Positions 15,911-24,503 of a stretch of DNA of 64,000 nucleotides are shown one piece after another. The notes below the pieces were generated by a model. It was not told the origin of the DNA and did not search any database. It saw only the letters and a list, made by a program, of their open reading frames with translations. The DNA is from Clostridiales bacterium. GTDB taxonomy: Bacteria; Bacillota; Clostridia; Christensenellales; Borkfalkiaceae. The position numbers were made by a program, and so were the translations under genes. Within the stretch, counting starts at the first letter, position 1. Each line of letters opens with the position of its first letter. Where the stretch lies: the NCBI GenBank assembly GCA_015055965.1, contig SVHG01000006.1, forward strand, positions 57,234 through 121,233, given 5' to 3'.

Positions 15911-17737
15911 TTACCAATATGGTTTAAATAATAACGATTGTACATCCCAATCATTTTTATTAGCATATGCTAATTTAAATGCTCCACCGCCGAAACCATA
16001 ATTACATCCTGATCCAACCACAGCATTAGAAATACTAGTTGCACCCTCCGCCAAACTTTGAATAAACTCCTTTTTTACCTCAATTTGATACGACTCTTCT
16101 GCGTTATTAAGATTTGAGGAATCCGTATTTTCACCGTTTAGAGTAGATTGCTCCTCTTTCACAAAAAACTCAGATACTGAAGTCCACGCATCTACAAAAA
16201 ATCCACTTACTGAATCCCATGCATTTGTAGCATATTCTTTAATCGAGCCCCATGTGTTTACAAAAAAGTTTCGTGTTGAATTGTAACCTCTTTCTAATCC
16301 TGTTGTAATTATATTTTTTAAGGAATTGTAGTCAGATATTAGGGAGTTCTTAATATTCTTAATACCTTTATCGATAGTATGTAATACTTTCTTTGCTGCA
16401 GGAATTATGTCTTCCTCTACATGTTTAACTATTACAATAGCTGCAACGATTGCACACACGGCTATGACTCCAGCAACAATAATTGCCCAGGTTGGGAAAT
16501 TACCATTTTCATCAGCATACATAACAGGGTTGTTATTACAGTAAGAATAAAGGTTAACACCGTTAAAGGAGTTTACATCCATATAAGTGATAGCATCCAT
16601 AGAAATAAATCTACCGATAACAGGTGCATAATATCTACTTTTTAGGTAATAAAAGCCTGTTTCTTCATCATAGAAGTAGCCTTTAAACATAAAGGGGTTA
16701 TGGATAACGTCTAAAGATTCACAGCCTTGAGTGATGGTTTGTGTGGGAACACCCCATGCATCATAATTGTATTTTACCACATAATCACCCTCACTGTCAA
16801 ATATTCCGGTAATATTTCCTAATATATCCCTATGATAGAAATATACCCCATTAGAAGTGTTTACCCCCACTAATTTACCACCAACATCATAAATAACGCC
16901 TTTAAACTTCATAACTCCACGAATTAATGATTTATTTTGAATCCACCCAACTTTATCGGCAAAGTTTTTGCCAAAAATTTTTGATAAAACCCTATGGCTT
17001 TTTAGACCATCGTAATAAGCAGTTCCAGATAATTTTGCAACTTCTTTATAAGTGACTCCCTTCCCTATAGTTAATCCTTTTGAAGCATAATTTGCAACTC
17101 TAATAACTCTAAAAAGAGATTGCCCTAATGCAAAAATTCCTCCTGTTAATGCTCCATTGGCGGCACCTTCTACAAATCCTTCCCAAAAATTTTCACCATT
17201 AATTGTATTAACAACACCTTGCGTTAAACCACCTAAAACTATACTAGAACCCATTTGAATAAACATTGGAGCAAGTGCTCCGCCTGTAAAAGCCGTTAAT
17301 AATAGAGCAGCTGTAAATGCACCCCCACCAATTAACCATTTTGCCCATTCAGGCATATTACCACTTGGGTCGGTGTACATTATTGGGTTGTTTAAGCAGT
17401 AAGCGTATAGGTTTAAGCCACCGATAGTTTCGGGGTCTAGGTATTCATAAGAGTCTGGGCTGATAAAGCGACCAATTGTGGGATCATACCAACGAGTTTG
17501 TAAATGGTACATTTGAAGCGCTTCACACCAGTAATAGCCACGGTATCTAAACGGGTTTAGATTGCCAATTGAGAAATCCTCATCCGTTCCTTCTAACGGG
17601 AAATTTTCTACCTCGCAATTACCCCACGCATCATATTTATAGCTTGCAACGCGGGTGCTACCATAATATATATCTGTAATATCGCCAAATAGGTTTTTAC
17701 TTATTGATATATTAACATAATCAAAACCTTTTGTCAA
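15911..17737 (-). pseudogene. 5'-truncated chimeric RHS/YD-repeat toxin tip: two RHS core ends, each followed by a different C-terminal domain, fused in frame
   Basis: 608 codons. The frame opens immediately after the upstream gene's terminator and has only a TTG start, with no RBS. There are two copies of the RHS core-end signature: NPFRYRGYYW..LQTRWYDPTIGRFISPD...LNLYAYCLNNPIMYTDPSGN (aa 61-127) and NPFMFKGYFYDEETGFYYLKSRYYAPVIGRFISMD...VNLYSYCNNNPVMYADENGN (aa 347-413). Each is followed by a Gly/Ala-rich hydrophobic or TM-containing tail. It could still be expressed, so 'pseudogene/orphan cassette' is an inference. Confidence 0.7.
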
Positions 17738-17748
17738 TATACGGTAAA

Positions 17749-17783
17749 GAAAAAGGCGGTGGCCATATAAAAAGCCCCGCCTG
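17749..17783 (-). terminator. intrinsic terminator 3' of the cytidylate-kinase-like gene
   Basis: Minus-strand RNA: AGGCGGGGC, loop, GCCACCGCCU (one bulge), then UUUUUCUUU. Confidence 0.65.
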
Positions 17784-17804
17784 TTAACTTATTAAACTAT
17801 TTTA

Positions 17805-18398
17805 TTAACCAAGCTTATTGTAAGCGGAAACGATTAGCTCCACACAAGAATCTATGCCAAGAACACCGCTATCTAAGCAAAGGTGGTAGTTGTTAACGTC
17901 ACCCCAAGCGGTATCCGTGTAATATTGATAATATGCCTTACGGCGTTTATCTTTATCCTTTAAACGGCGTTCCGTGGGCTGTTCCGTTTCGCCGTATACG
18001 TTTACGATACGCTCCATTCTTTTTTGCATATCTGCGTGAATAAACACCTTTAAGCATTGCGCTTTATCCCTTAAAATAACGTCTGCACAGCGACCTACTA
18101 TAACGCAATCGCCCTTTGAAGCAAGCTCCGTTATAATTCTTTCTTGCTCTATCCACAATCTATCCTGTAAGGAAAGTCCGTTTGCATAGCCTGCGGAAAG
18201 GGCGTTAAAAAATCTGCTGCCGGTGTTAGCATATTCCCCTTTTTCGCGAATAAATTCTTCACAAAAGCCTGATTCTTTTGCTATTTTATCTATAATTTCT
18301 TGATCGTAGCAAGCAATTCCAAGCTTTTCCGCCACCCTTTTTGCTATAGTTCTGCCACCGCTACCAAATTCACGGCTTACGGTAATGATTTTGCTCAT
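17805..18398 (-). CDS. cytidylate kinase-like family protein
   Basis: 197 aa. MSKIITVSREFGSGGRTIAKRVAEKLGIACYDQEIIDKIA has a P-loop-like GSGG and is typical of the cytidylate-kinase-like family. RBS is AAGGAGG. Confidence 0.75.
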   Translation of the reverse strand: MSKIITVSREFGSGGRTIAKRVAEKLGIACYDQEIIDKIAKESGFCEEFIREKGEYANTGSRFFNALSAGYANGLSLQDRLWIEQERIITELASKGDCVIVGRCADVILRDKAQCLKVFIHADMQKRMERIVNVYGETEQPTERRLKDKDKRRKAYYQYYTDTAWGDVNNYHLCLDSGVLGIDSCVELIVSAYNKLG

Positions 18399-18416
18399 AT
18401 TAAAACCTCCTTAAGG

Positions 18417-19895
18417 TTATTTTACAACTGAAATATAATTACTTTCGCCTTCCCCGCCAATGATTTTGCAACCCTTTTTCTTGGCGTATTCTACGTGCCC
18501 TATGATTTCATCCGTAATGACTTCACCGGGGGCAAGCAAGGGAATTCCCGGCGGATAACAGGTTACGTATTCACCGCTAATTCTACCCTTGGCGCTCGTT
18601 ATACTTATTTTTTCCTTGGGATAATAAAAGGCATCCCTTGGCGGAATTTTTACGATTGGCTTAATATATTCGTAAACGTAGGCGGGCTTTTCTTCCCTAG
18701 AATACTTTTTAGATATATCGTTAAGAGCATCCACTAGCTTAGCGCAATAATCAAAGCCGTCGCCAATAGCCGGGATTGCCAAAATATTACTTATATCGCC
18801 AAATTCAAGCTGTATATTATATTCTTTTCTTAGTAAATTATACACTTCTATACCCGTTAAACCCGTTTTATAGGTGTTAACGGCAAGCTTAGTGCTATCA
18901 AAGGCGAAAACCGCCTTATTTACAACTGTATTTTGCGCGGTTAGCGGAGTAAACCCGGGAATTTCCTTTATTGCGTTTACCGCGTTATTTACCCTTTGTT
19001 TAACCCTTTCTATTAACTTGTTACCTTCAAGCGCAAGCGTTTTTCTTGCTATATCTAAGGAAGCAAGCAGTAAATAGGAAGCACTTGTTGTCATGGTTAA
19101 ATTGATTATGCTTCTAACGTATTCCTTATCTACCCCAGCCCCTATTAAAAGAACAGAGCTTTGAGTTAAAGAACCGCCCGTTTTGTGAATGCTAACGGCA
19201 GAATAATCTGCCCCTGCGCTCATTGCGGAAGCGGGCAAGCCGTTACCAAAATAAAAATACGTTCCGTGAGCTTCATCCACAAGCACCTGCATATTGCGCT
19301 TATGCGCAAGCTCTACTATTTTCTTTAAAGAAGAACAAACGCCGTAATAGGTGGGGTTATTTATTAAAATAGCCCTTGCTTCGTTATTGCTTTCTATTGC
19401 GGATATTATATCTTCTTCGCTAACGCCAAGCGGAATACCAAATTCTTCATGCACGCCGGGATCTACGTAAACGGGAATACCGCCTGCTAAAATAACTGCG
19501 TTTATTACGCTAAGATGCACGTTCCTTGGCAAAATTATTCTTTCGCCCGGCTTAATAGCGCTCATTACCATAGCCTGCACGGCAGAGGTAGTGCCGTTAA
19601 CCATAAAGAAGGCGTGCTTTGCCCCAAAGGCTTCCGCAGCAAGCTCTTCCGCTTCCTTTATAACGCCCGTGGGGGAGGTAAGGTTATCTATTTCCGGCCT
19701 AGAGTTTTTATCTAATGCGACTGCCCTTTCCCCAAAATACTCACTTAACGGGGTAAAAACCCCTTTATGCCCGGGTACGTCAAGCGCAATACGGTTTAAT
19801 TTGCATTCTTCAACCAGCGCGGTTGCTATTGGCGTTTGTGCTTGGCGGGTTTTATTTAGTTGTTTTATCGGAGTAGAAGTCAATCCAATATTCAT
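18417..19895 (-). CDS. PLP-dependent Orn/Lys/Arg decarboxylase family protein
   Basis: ORF track 18417-19916 begins at a TTG; the first in-frame ATG is at 19895. The PLP-lysine motif is SIHKTGGSLTQSS. Fold-type I features: FFMVNGTTSAVQAMV and VDEAHG. Confidence 0.8.
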   Translation of the reverse strand: MNIGLTSTPIKQLNKTRQAQTPIATALVEECKLNRIALDVPGHKGVFTPLSEYFGERAVALDKNSRPEIDNLTSPTGVIKEAEELAAEAFGAKHAFFMVNGTTSAVQAMVMSAIKPGERIILPRNVHLSVINAVILAGGIPVYVDPGVHEEFGIPLGVSEEDIISAIESNNEARAILINNPTYYGVCSSLKKIVELAHKRNMQVLVDEAHGTYFYFGNGLPASAMSAGADYSAVSIHKTGGSLTQSSVLLIGAGVDKEYVRSIINLTMTTSASYLLLASLDIARKTLALEGNKLIERVKQRVNNAVNAIKEIPGFTPLTAQNTVVNKAVFAFDSTKLAVNTYKTGLTGIEVYNLLRKEYNIQLEFGDISNILAIPAIGDGFDYCAKLVDALNDISKKYSREEKPAYVYEYIKPIVKIPPRDAFYYPKEKISITSAKGRISGEYVTCYPPGIPLLAPGEVITDEIIGHVEYAKKKGCKIIGGEGESNYISVVK

Positions 19896-20340
19896 ACATC
19901 TTTTTTGCCCCTTCAAAGCAACCTTCGTAATTTTTTAAATCACTCCACGCGTTATCCGTAAAGCCCTCGCACTCTATAGCGCAAAGCCCGGAAAACATAT
20001 CAAAATAGAAGGGAAATGCCACGCATAAAGTGGGTTTATCCTTGTTTATACTGCACATTCCGTTAATGAACGCCTTACAAGTTCCGTCCTCTTCTAAAGC
20101 CATTTTATAGTATTCCTTTTTCATGGCCTCTGAATACCCGCGTTCTACAAAATGAAGCAGACCTGCGTTATAAAAACGCTCGTAATCCTCGTTAGTTAAA
20201 ACTATTTCTTCAAACGGTCTGTTATCTATACTGCCAAGCTCGTTAGTTATTCCACCAAAGGGCCCGCAGCAGCTATGATCACATTCGCTCATTTTACAGC
20301 AAAAATTTATTTTACCGTCCTTAATTTTCACCTTAGACAT
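19852..20340 (-). CDS. YkgJ-family Cys-cluster (CxxCxxCC-type) protein
   Basis: 162 aa. FCCKMSECDHSCCGPF...GMCSINKDKPTLCVAFPF. Its ATG lies 3 nt after the stop codon of the TIR-domain gene. Confidence 0.7.
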   Translation of the reverse strand: MSKVKIKDGKINFCCKMSECDHSCCGPFGGITNELGSIDNRPFEEIVLTNEDYERFYNAGLLHFVERGYSEAMKKEYYKMALEEDGTCKAFINGMCSINKDKPTLCVAFPFYFDMFSGLCAIECEGFTDNAWSDLKNYEGCFEGAKKMYEYWIDFYSDKTTK

Positions 20341-20343
20341 CTA

Positions 20344-23013
20344 TTAGTCCTCTTTTTCGCCCATAAATTTATCGTAGCTAATAAGCAACGGCTCTACCAT
20401 CCACGAACAGTTTTCGCCCACCGTTTTGTAGTTAGGTAAGCAATAATACTCGTCTACTGCAAGCTTTTTAGAAGAAAGTATGTAGTTAGAGGTTTTGTTC
20501 GCCCTACCCTTGCCCCTAATGATTTCATAGCCTATTACAGTTATGTTATCACGCTTAATCCTGGTTTCCCTAACGGATGCAAGCATGGGGAATATGCAGT
20601 AAGATATATCAACGTTTTCTGCGTTAAAATATTCGTCTACACTTTCGCTTTCCTGCCATTCGTAATTCTTGCCGTACTTTAAGAAGCAGAAGAAGTTCTT
20701 AATTTGTAATCTTACAGGCTCGTTTTGAACAAGCTCGTTGCTTACTGCAAGCTCTCCGCTGGCTTCCTTAAATTCCTTCACGTTGTTTAAAAGATTTTCC
20801 ATAATCTTTTCCTTTTCGTGAATTCTTCTGTACGTTTTAGGCGCTATTATATTGTGATATTTGGTTATTCTTAGCTTTTGTGTTTCGTCGTAAGCAGAAT
20901 CCGTCCACATTTCGTCTACGAAGTCGGCAATATTCTCGTTTTCCAAGTCTACTGCAAGAATAAAGTGGTTTCTTCTGTCTTTATCTTCCTTGCTATCGCC
21001 GGGGAAACGGTTTAACGCTTCCTTATGCGCCGTTAATAGCTCGTATTCCACGCTTTCACGCAGTACGGAGGACTTACTAACGAACATTACTACCATTACG
21101 GTATTCTTATCTGTAATTGCGGAGTGTACCCGTTCCATCCAACCGTCGCTTGAATCAATAGAAGAGGTATCGAAGAATACGTTTATACCGCGCTCTTTAT
21201 AATATTCTGCAAAGCGGGTTATCTTGCAGTCGGGCTCTTTATTATCGTCACGGCAGTAGCTTATGAACATACCCGGCTTATCACCGCTTTCTATGATAGA
21301 ATTGGGGTTAGAAGATCTGTTAAACATCTCTTGATTTTCTTCCCTTAATTCTAATATTTTCTTTTTAAAGCCAGTAAGCTTGGTTAAATCACAAATACAT
21401 TCTCTGCCGATAAGCTTTGCTATAACCTCGTTACCGCTTGATCTTTCTACTATGGAATGAAAGGCGTTAAATAAATATTCTACACCTTTTTCGGGTAAAT
21501 ATTCCTTCTTTAACTGCGCAACGTCCTTATAATACTTTTCTGCGTTAAAATCTACGCGGTTTTTAAGTAACGCGCCGTAGAATGAGCAAAGTAATGATAA
21601 AAGTGAGCTTAAATCCTCTTCCATAGAGGTTGCAGGATTGGTGAACATATCGTAAAAATCGTCTATAGAAAGAATTTCTTCTGCATCTGCAACGATTTTA
21701 TTATTTCTAATACCTGCAGTATAAAGTAAGCAAATGGTTCTTTGCTCTGCCTTTATTTCGTTTGCTCTTAAAATGAACGCCATACTGTTCATTTGAACTA
21801 TCTTTTTAAGCTTTAAAATATGCCCTTCTATCTTTTCCTTGCAAATAGCAAGCCTTTCTTCACAATCCTGTTCGCTTATGATACCGCTCTTAACAAAGCT
21901 CTTCATCATAATTTTGAACATTTTTTCGCTACTTTGCGCGCTATCGCTACCTTCGCCTGCGTGCATTAAGCAGTATACCGTTTTAAAAATACCCTGAGTT
22001 ATAAATAACTCGTAAATAAACATCTTTACCTGTGAAGGATAAAAGGTCTTATTTTCCGGAACTACACCCTCTAGGCTTGTTCCCTTAAACATACCCTTAA
22101 GCTGCTTACTAACGTCTGAAGTGGCGCGTTGGGGGGTATCTAAATCCAGCGCCTTTAACAAGCTGGAATCTGTAATATCCGCAAGCTTTTTAATAAATGC
22201 AAAGTCACACCAATAGGTATCTTCAAGCCATTGAATTTTTATGCCTAAAGAACGGCAAATCATAATTAGATTTTCGTCGTCGTAAATCTTACCCGTTTCC
22301 CTGCTTCTTCTTCCGTTTTTATCCGCGCTGTTTATCTTGGTATAATAAAAGTGTAACTCGCCGTCACGCTCGCCCTTGGTAACGGTGGTTAAAAGGTAAC
22401 AGTTTTCGGTTACCTTGCGTGATAAACAGTCGTCGTCTAGCTCGGGATTAAATTCGTAAAAGGCAAAATACGGAGCGTATTTACATTCCACCCTGTGCTT
22501 GCCGGTATCTATGATTAAATTACCGCTCTTAGCGTCAAATTCCGTTTGACTAAGAAGGGGTAATGCAGCTAATAGCTCTTTAAATTTTGCAAAGCTTACG
22601 GGCGAAGCCTTCATAACCGATCTGGAATTTATCTTAAGATAAGCATCCCTTAAACCGCCGATTATATTTGATATTTCGCCCCTTACAAGCTCTTCGCTAC
22701 CAATAGACGCGCAAAGGGTTATAAAAGAGAATATACGCTCGTCGTCGCCAATGCTCTTTCCTTCCGTCCAAAGCTTAGAAATAGCATCCGCCACCCCGCC
22801 GTATTCCTTTAATTCCTTAACCTCTACTCCCTTTTTTTGCGCCACGCCAATAACGTACGCCTGAACTAAGGCAGAGTAAAATAAACACACCTCGTGCGCG
22901 GTTTTAGGTAACATATCGCTCATAAGAACGATTCTTCTGTTGTAAGCGTTGCCAAATAACCTTTCGCCAACCGATTGAGTTATTAGCTTTTCGTTTATCA
23001 ATTTATTAAACAT
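20344..23013 (-). CDS. 889-aa protein with an internal TIR-like domain (about aa 582-700; nt ~20930-21275); remainder unrecognised
   Basis: The segment PGMFISYCRDDNKEPDCKITRFAEYYKERGINVFFDTSSIDSSDGWMERVHSAITDKNTVMVVMFVSKSSVLRESVEYELLTAHKE follows the bacterial TIR pattern. That pattern is hFISYxxxD at the start, then G-h-x-VFxD, then I-x-x-G/W, then hhVhhS..S..S, and finally a conserved Glu-containing helix. No P-loop or other known motif is seen in the ~580-aa N-terminal or ~190-aa C-terminal regions. Confidence 0.6.
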   Translation of the reverse strand: MFNKLINEKLITQSVGERLFGNAYNRRIVLMSDMLPKTAHEVCLFYSALVQAYVIGVAQKKGVEVKELKEYGGVADAISKLWTEGKSIGDDERIFSFITLCASIGSEELVRGEISNIIGGLRDAYLKINSRSVMKASPVSFAKFKELLAALPLLSQTEFDAKSGNLIIDTGKHRVECKYAPYFAFYEFNPELDDDCLSRKVTENCYLLTTVTKGERDGELHFYYTKINSADKNGRRSRETGKIYDDENLIMICRSLGIKIQWLEDTYWCDFAFIKKLADITDSSLLKALDLDTPQRATSDVSKQLKGMFKGTSLEGVVPENKTFYPSQVKMFIYELFITQGIFKTVYCLMHAGEGSDSAQSSEKMFKIMMKSFVKSGIISEQDCEERLAICKEKIEGHILKLKKIVQMNSMAFILRANEIKAEQRTICLLYTAGIRNNKIVADAEEILSIDDFYDMFTNPATSMEEDLSSLLSLLCSFYGALLKNRVDFNAEKYYKDVAQLKKEYLPEKGVEYLFNAFHSIVERSSGNEVIAKLIGRECICDLTKLTGFKKKILELREENQEMFNRSSNPNSIIESGDKPGMFISYCRDDNKEPDCKITRFAEYYKERGINVFFDTSSIDSSDGWMERVHSAITDKNTVMVVMFVSKSSVLRESVEYELLTAHKEALNRFPGDSKEDKDRRNHFILAVDLENENIADFVDEMWTDSAYDETQKLRITKYHNIIAPKTYRRIHEKEKIMENLLNNVKEFKEASGELAVSNELVQNEPVRLQIKNFFCFLKYGKNYEWQESESVDEYFNAENVDISYCIFPMLASVRETRIKRDNITVIGYEIIRGKGRANKTSNYILSSKKLAVDEYYCLPNYKTVGENCSWMVEPLLISYDKFMGEKED

Positions 23014-23074
23014 AATACTTCCCGTTTTAGTCTTTGGTATTTACTCAAAAACCTGCTTTTAAATCTCTTTGTTA

Positions 23075-23210
23075 ATGAATTGAATTACCTTATTCTTTTT
23101 ATGCTCCACGGAGCAATTCATGACGGAACGTCAATTCACGCGCGTTAGCGCAATTCATGCCATCGGCAATTCATTGTTGAAAAATCGTGTAATTTACACG
23201 CGTTTTCAAC
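23075..23210 (-). repeat. array of four abutting 'GC-rich mini-hairpin + AATTCA[T/C]' units, plus a flanking long hairpin and an inverted copy of the 7-mer
   Basis: Plus-strand units: GCTCCACGGAGC-AATTCAT (23103-23121), GACGGAACGTC-AATTCAC (23122-23139), GCGCGTTAGCGC-AATTCAT (23140-23158), GCCATCGGC-AATTCAT (23159-23174). The four stems differ in sequence but each is self-complementary. A long hairpin pairs GTTGAAAA (23176-23183) with TTTTCAAC (23203-23210), with an inner stem CGTGT/ACACG. The inverted ATGAATTGAATT lies at 23075-23086. Confidence 0.75.
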
Positions 23211-23215
23211 TTATA

Positions 23216-24481
23216 TTAAGTATTTTCTATAAGTCTTTTTGCAAGCTCTAAGTAAATTCCGTATGCCTTAGAAGCGTCTTCGGGCATAGTTTTTACGTCT
23301 GCGTATAGGTCGGATATCCTTCTTACCTCATCTGAAAGCTCGTGCGCATCCTTAACCCCTAATATTTGTTCACGCCATTTGAATAAGCCAACCTCGTGAA
23401 CGCTCTTTTCTACCTTACAGAAATATCCATCCGTAACGTGAGCGAAGTCCTTTGCAATTTTAGAAATTTCTGCAAAGCTTGCCTTTTGAAGCTCTTTGGT
23501 TTGTTCGCTTTCTTCAGGAACTGCGGTGGGAAGAATAATAACCATTTTCTTATTATCGTCACTCTTATATTCCTTCTTTTCTGCAAGCTGAGCTTCGTAG
23601 GTTACAAGCTGTAATCTAGTGCCGTTAATAAACTGTTGAGAAGGTCTCATACAGCAAACGATAACGTCTGACGTTTTATGTAATGCGTTTGCAGAGCTTT
23701 GCACGCCCGCACCGCTATCAAATAATATTGCGCCGTATTCCCTTTTTTCACATTCGCCAACAAGCTGCATAATTGCAAAAACGGAAGTGTTTGCAACCAA
23801 CTGCTCTCCACTATAAGAAACGTCTACCCCTAAGAACTTAACCGTTCCTTCTTCTTTTCCGAAGAAGCGTGAAACGTCCATAAAGCTATAGGCGGGTAAA
23901 AAGTCGGTAATAGCCTTGCGCTTTGAAGAAAGCTTTTCTTCTAAAGAAAGCTCGCTTTTTTCTATTTTATCAAGCGCGGTTAAAAGTCTGCCTAACGCGC
24001 TTATATACTTTTCTACGATTTCAAGATCTTGACCTTCAACGCAGGCGGTGTTTTCCATATAACGGCTACACTCATCCGCTATTTTTTGCAATATCTTTTG
24101 TTCCGTTAAGGGAAGCTCTAAATCGCCGAAAATCGCTTGAATATCTACCTGCTTAAAATGGGGAGATAAAGCCTTAATTACCGCGTTTAGATTTCTTTCA
24201 TCCCCGTAAGTTGCGCCGAAAACGCTTTCGTTTCTGCTTAAATATTCACCGCTGTTTATAATTTTGCAGGTGTGAATGCTCTTGGGGAATAAATCGGTAA
24301 ACTTATCTTGCGCGTTAAAAAAGTAGGTAAGACCGGCGCTTTCTAAGTCCGCATCAACAAGCAATAACGGCTTTTGGGGATTAGAGCCCAATTCATCTAT
24401 AAGATGCTTTGCCGTGTTTAGTAAGGTGGTCGTTCTACCTGAACCGCCCTTATATGAATAAAAAGTATAACATGCAGTCAT
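23216..24481 (-). CDS. ParA/MinD-like (SIMIBI-class) P-loop ATPase with a variant Walker A (KGGSGRTT) and a large insertion
   Basis: 421 aa. The N-terminus FYSYKGGSGRTTTLLNTAKHL...LLVDADLESAG resembles the deviant Walker A KGGxGK[ST], but Arg replaces the second Lys (nt 24428-24451). A Walker-B-like AILFDSGAG follows ~240 aa later, after a helical insertion. Confidence 0.7.
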   Translation of the reverse strand: MTACYTFYSYKGGSGRTTTLLNTAKHLIDELGSNPQKPLLLVDADLESAGLTYFFNAQDKFTDLFPKSIHTCKIINSGEYLSRNESVFGATYGDERNLNAVIKALSPHFKQVDIQAIFGDLELPLTEQKILQKIADECSRYMENTACVEGQDLEIVEKYISALGRLLTALDKIEKSELSLEEKLSSKRKAITDFLPAYSFMDVSRFFGKEEGTVKFLGVDVSYSGEQLVANTSVFAIMQLVGECEKREYGAILFDSGAGVQSSANALHKTSDVIVCCMRPSQQFINGTRLQLVTYEAQLAEKKEYKSDDNKKMVIILPTAVPEESEQTKELQKASFAEISKIAKDFAHVTDGYFCKVEKSVHEVGLFKWREQILGVKDAHELSDEVRRISDLYADVKTMPEDASKAYGIYLELAKRLIENT

Positions 24482-24503
24482 TTTTCTTCTTCCGCCTTAG
24501 TTA

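Noticed and set aside
23103-23174. Mini-ORFs starting at the repeated ATGAATT on the minus strand (MNCRWHELR* and a 19-aa peptide).
   Set aside because: They lack an RBS, and the frames differ between units. The conserved feature is the 7-mer plus a self-complementary stem rather than a peptide, so I interpret them as structural repeats.
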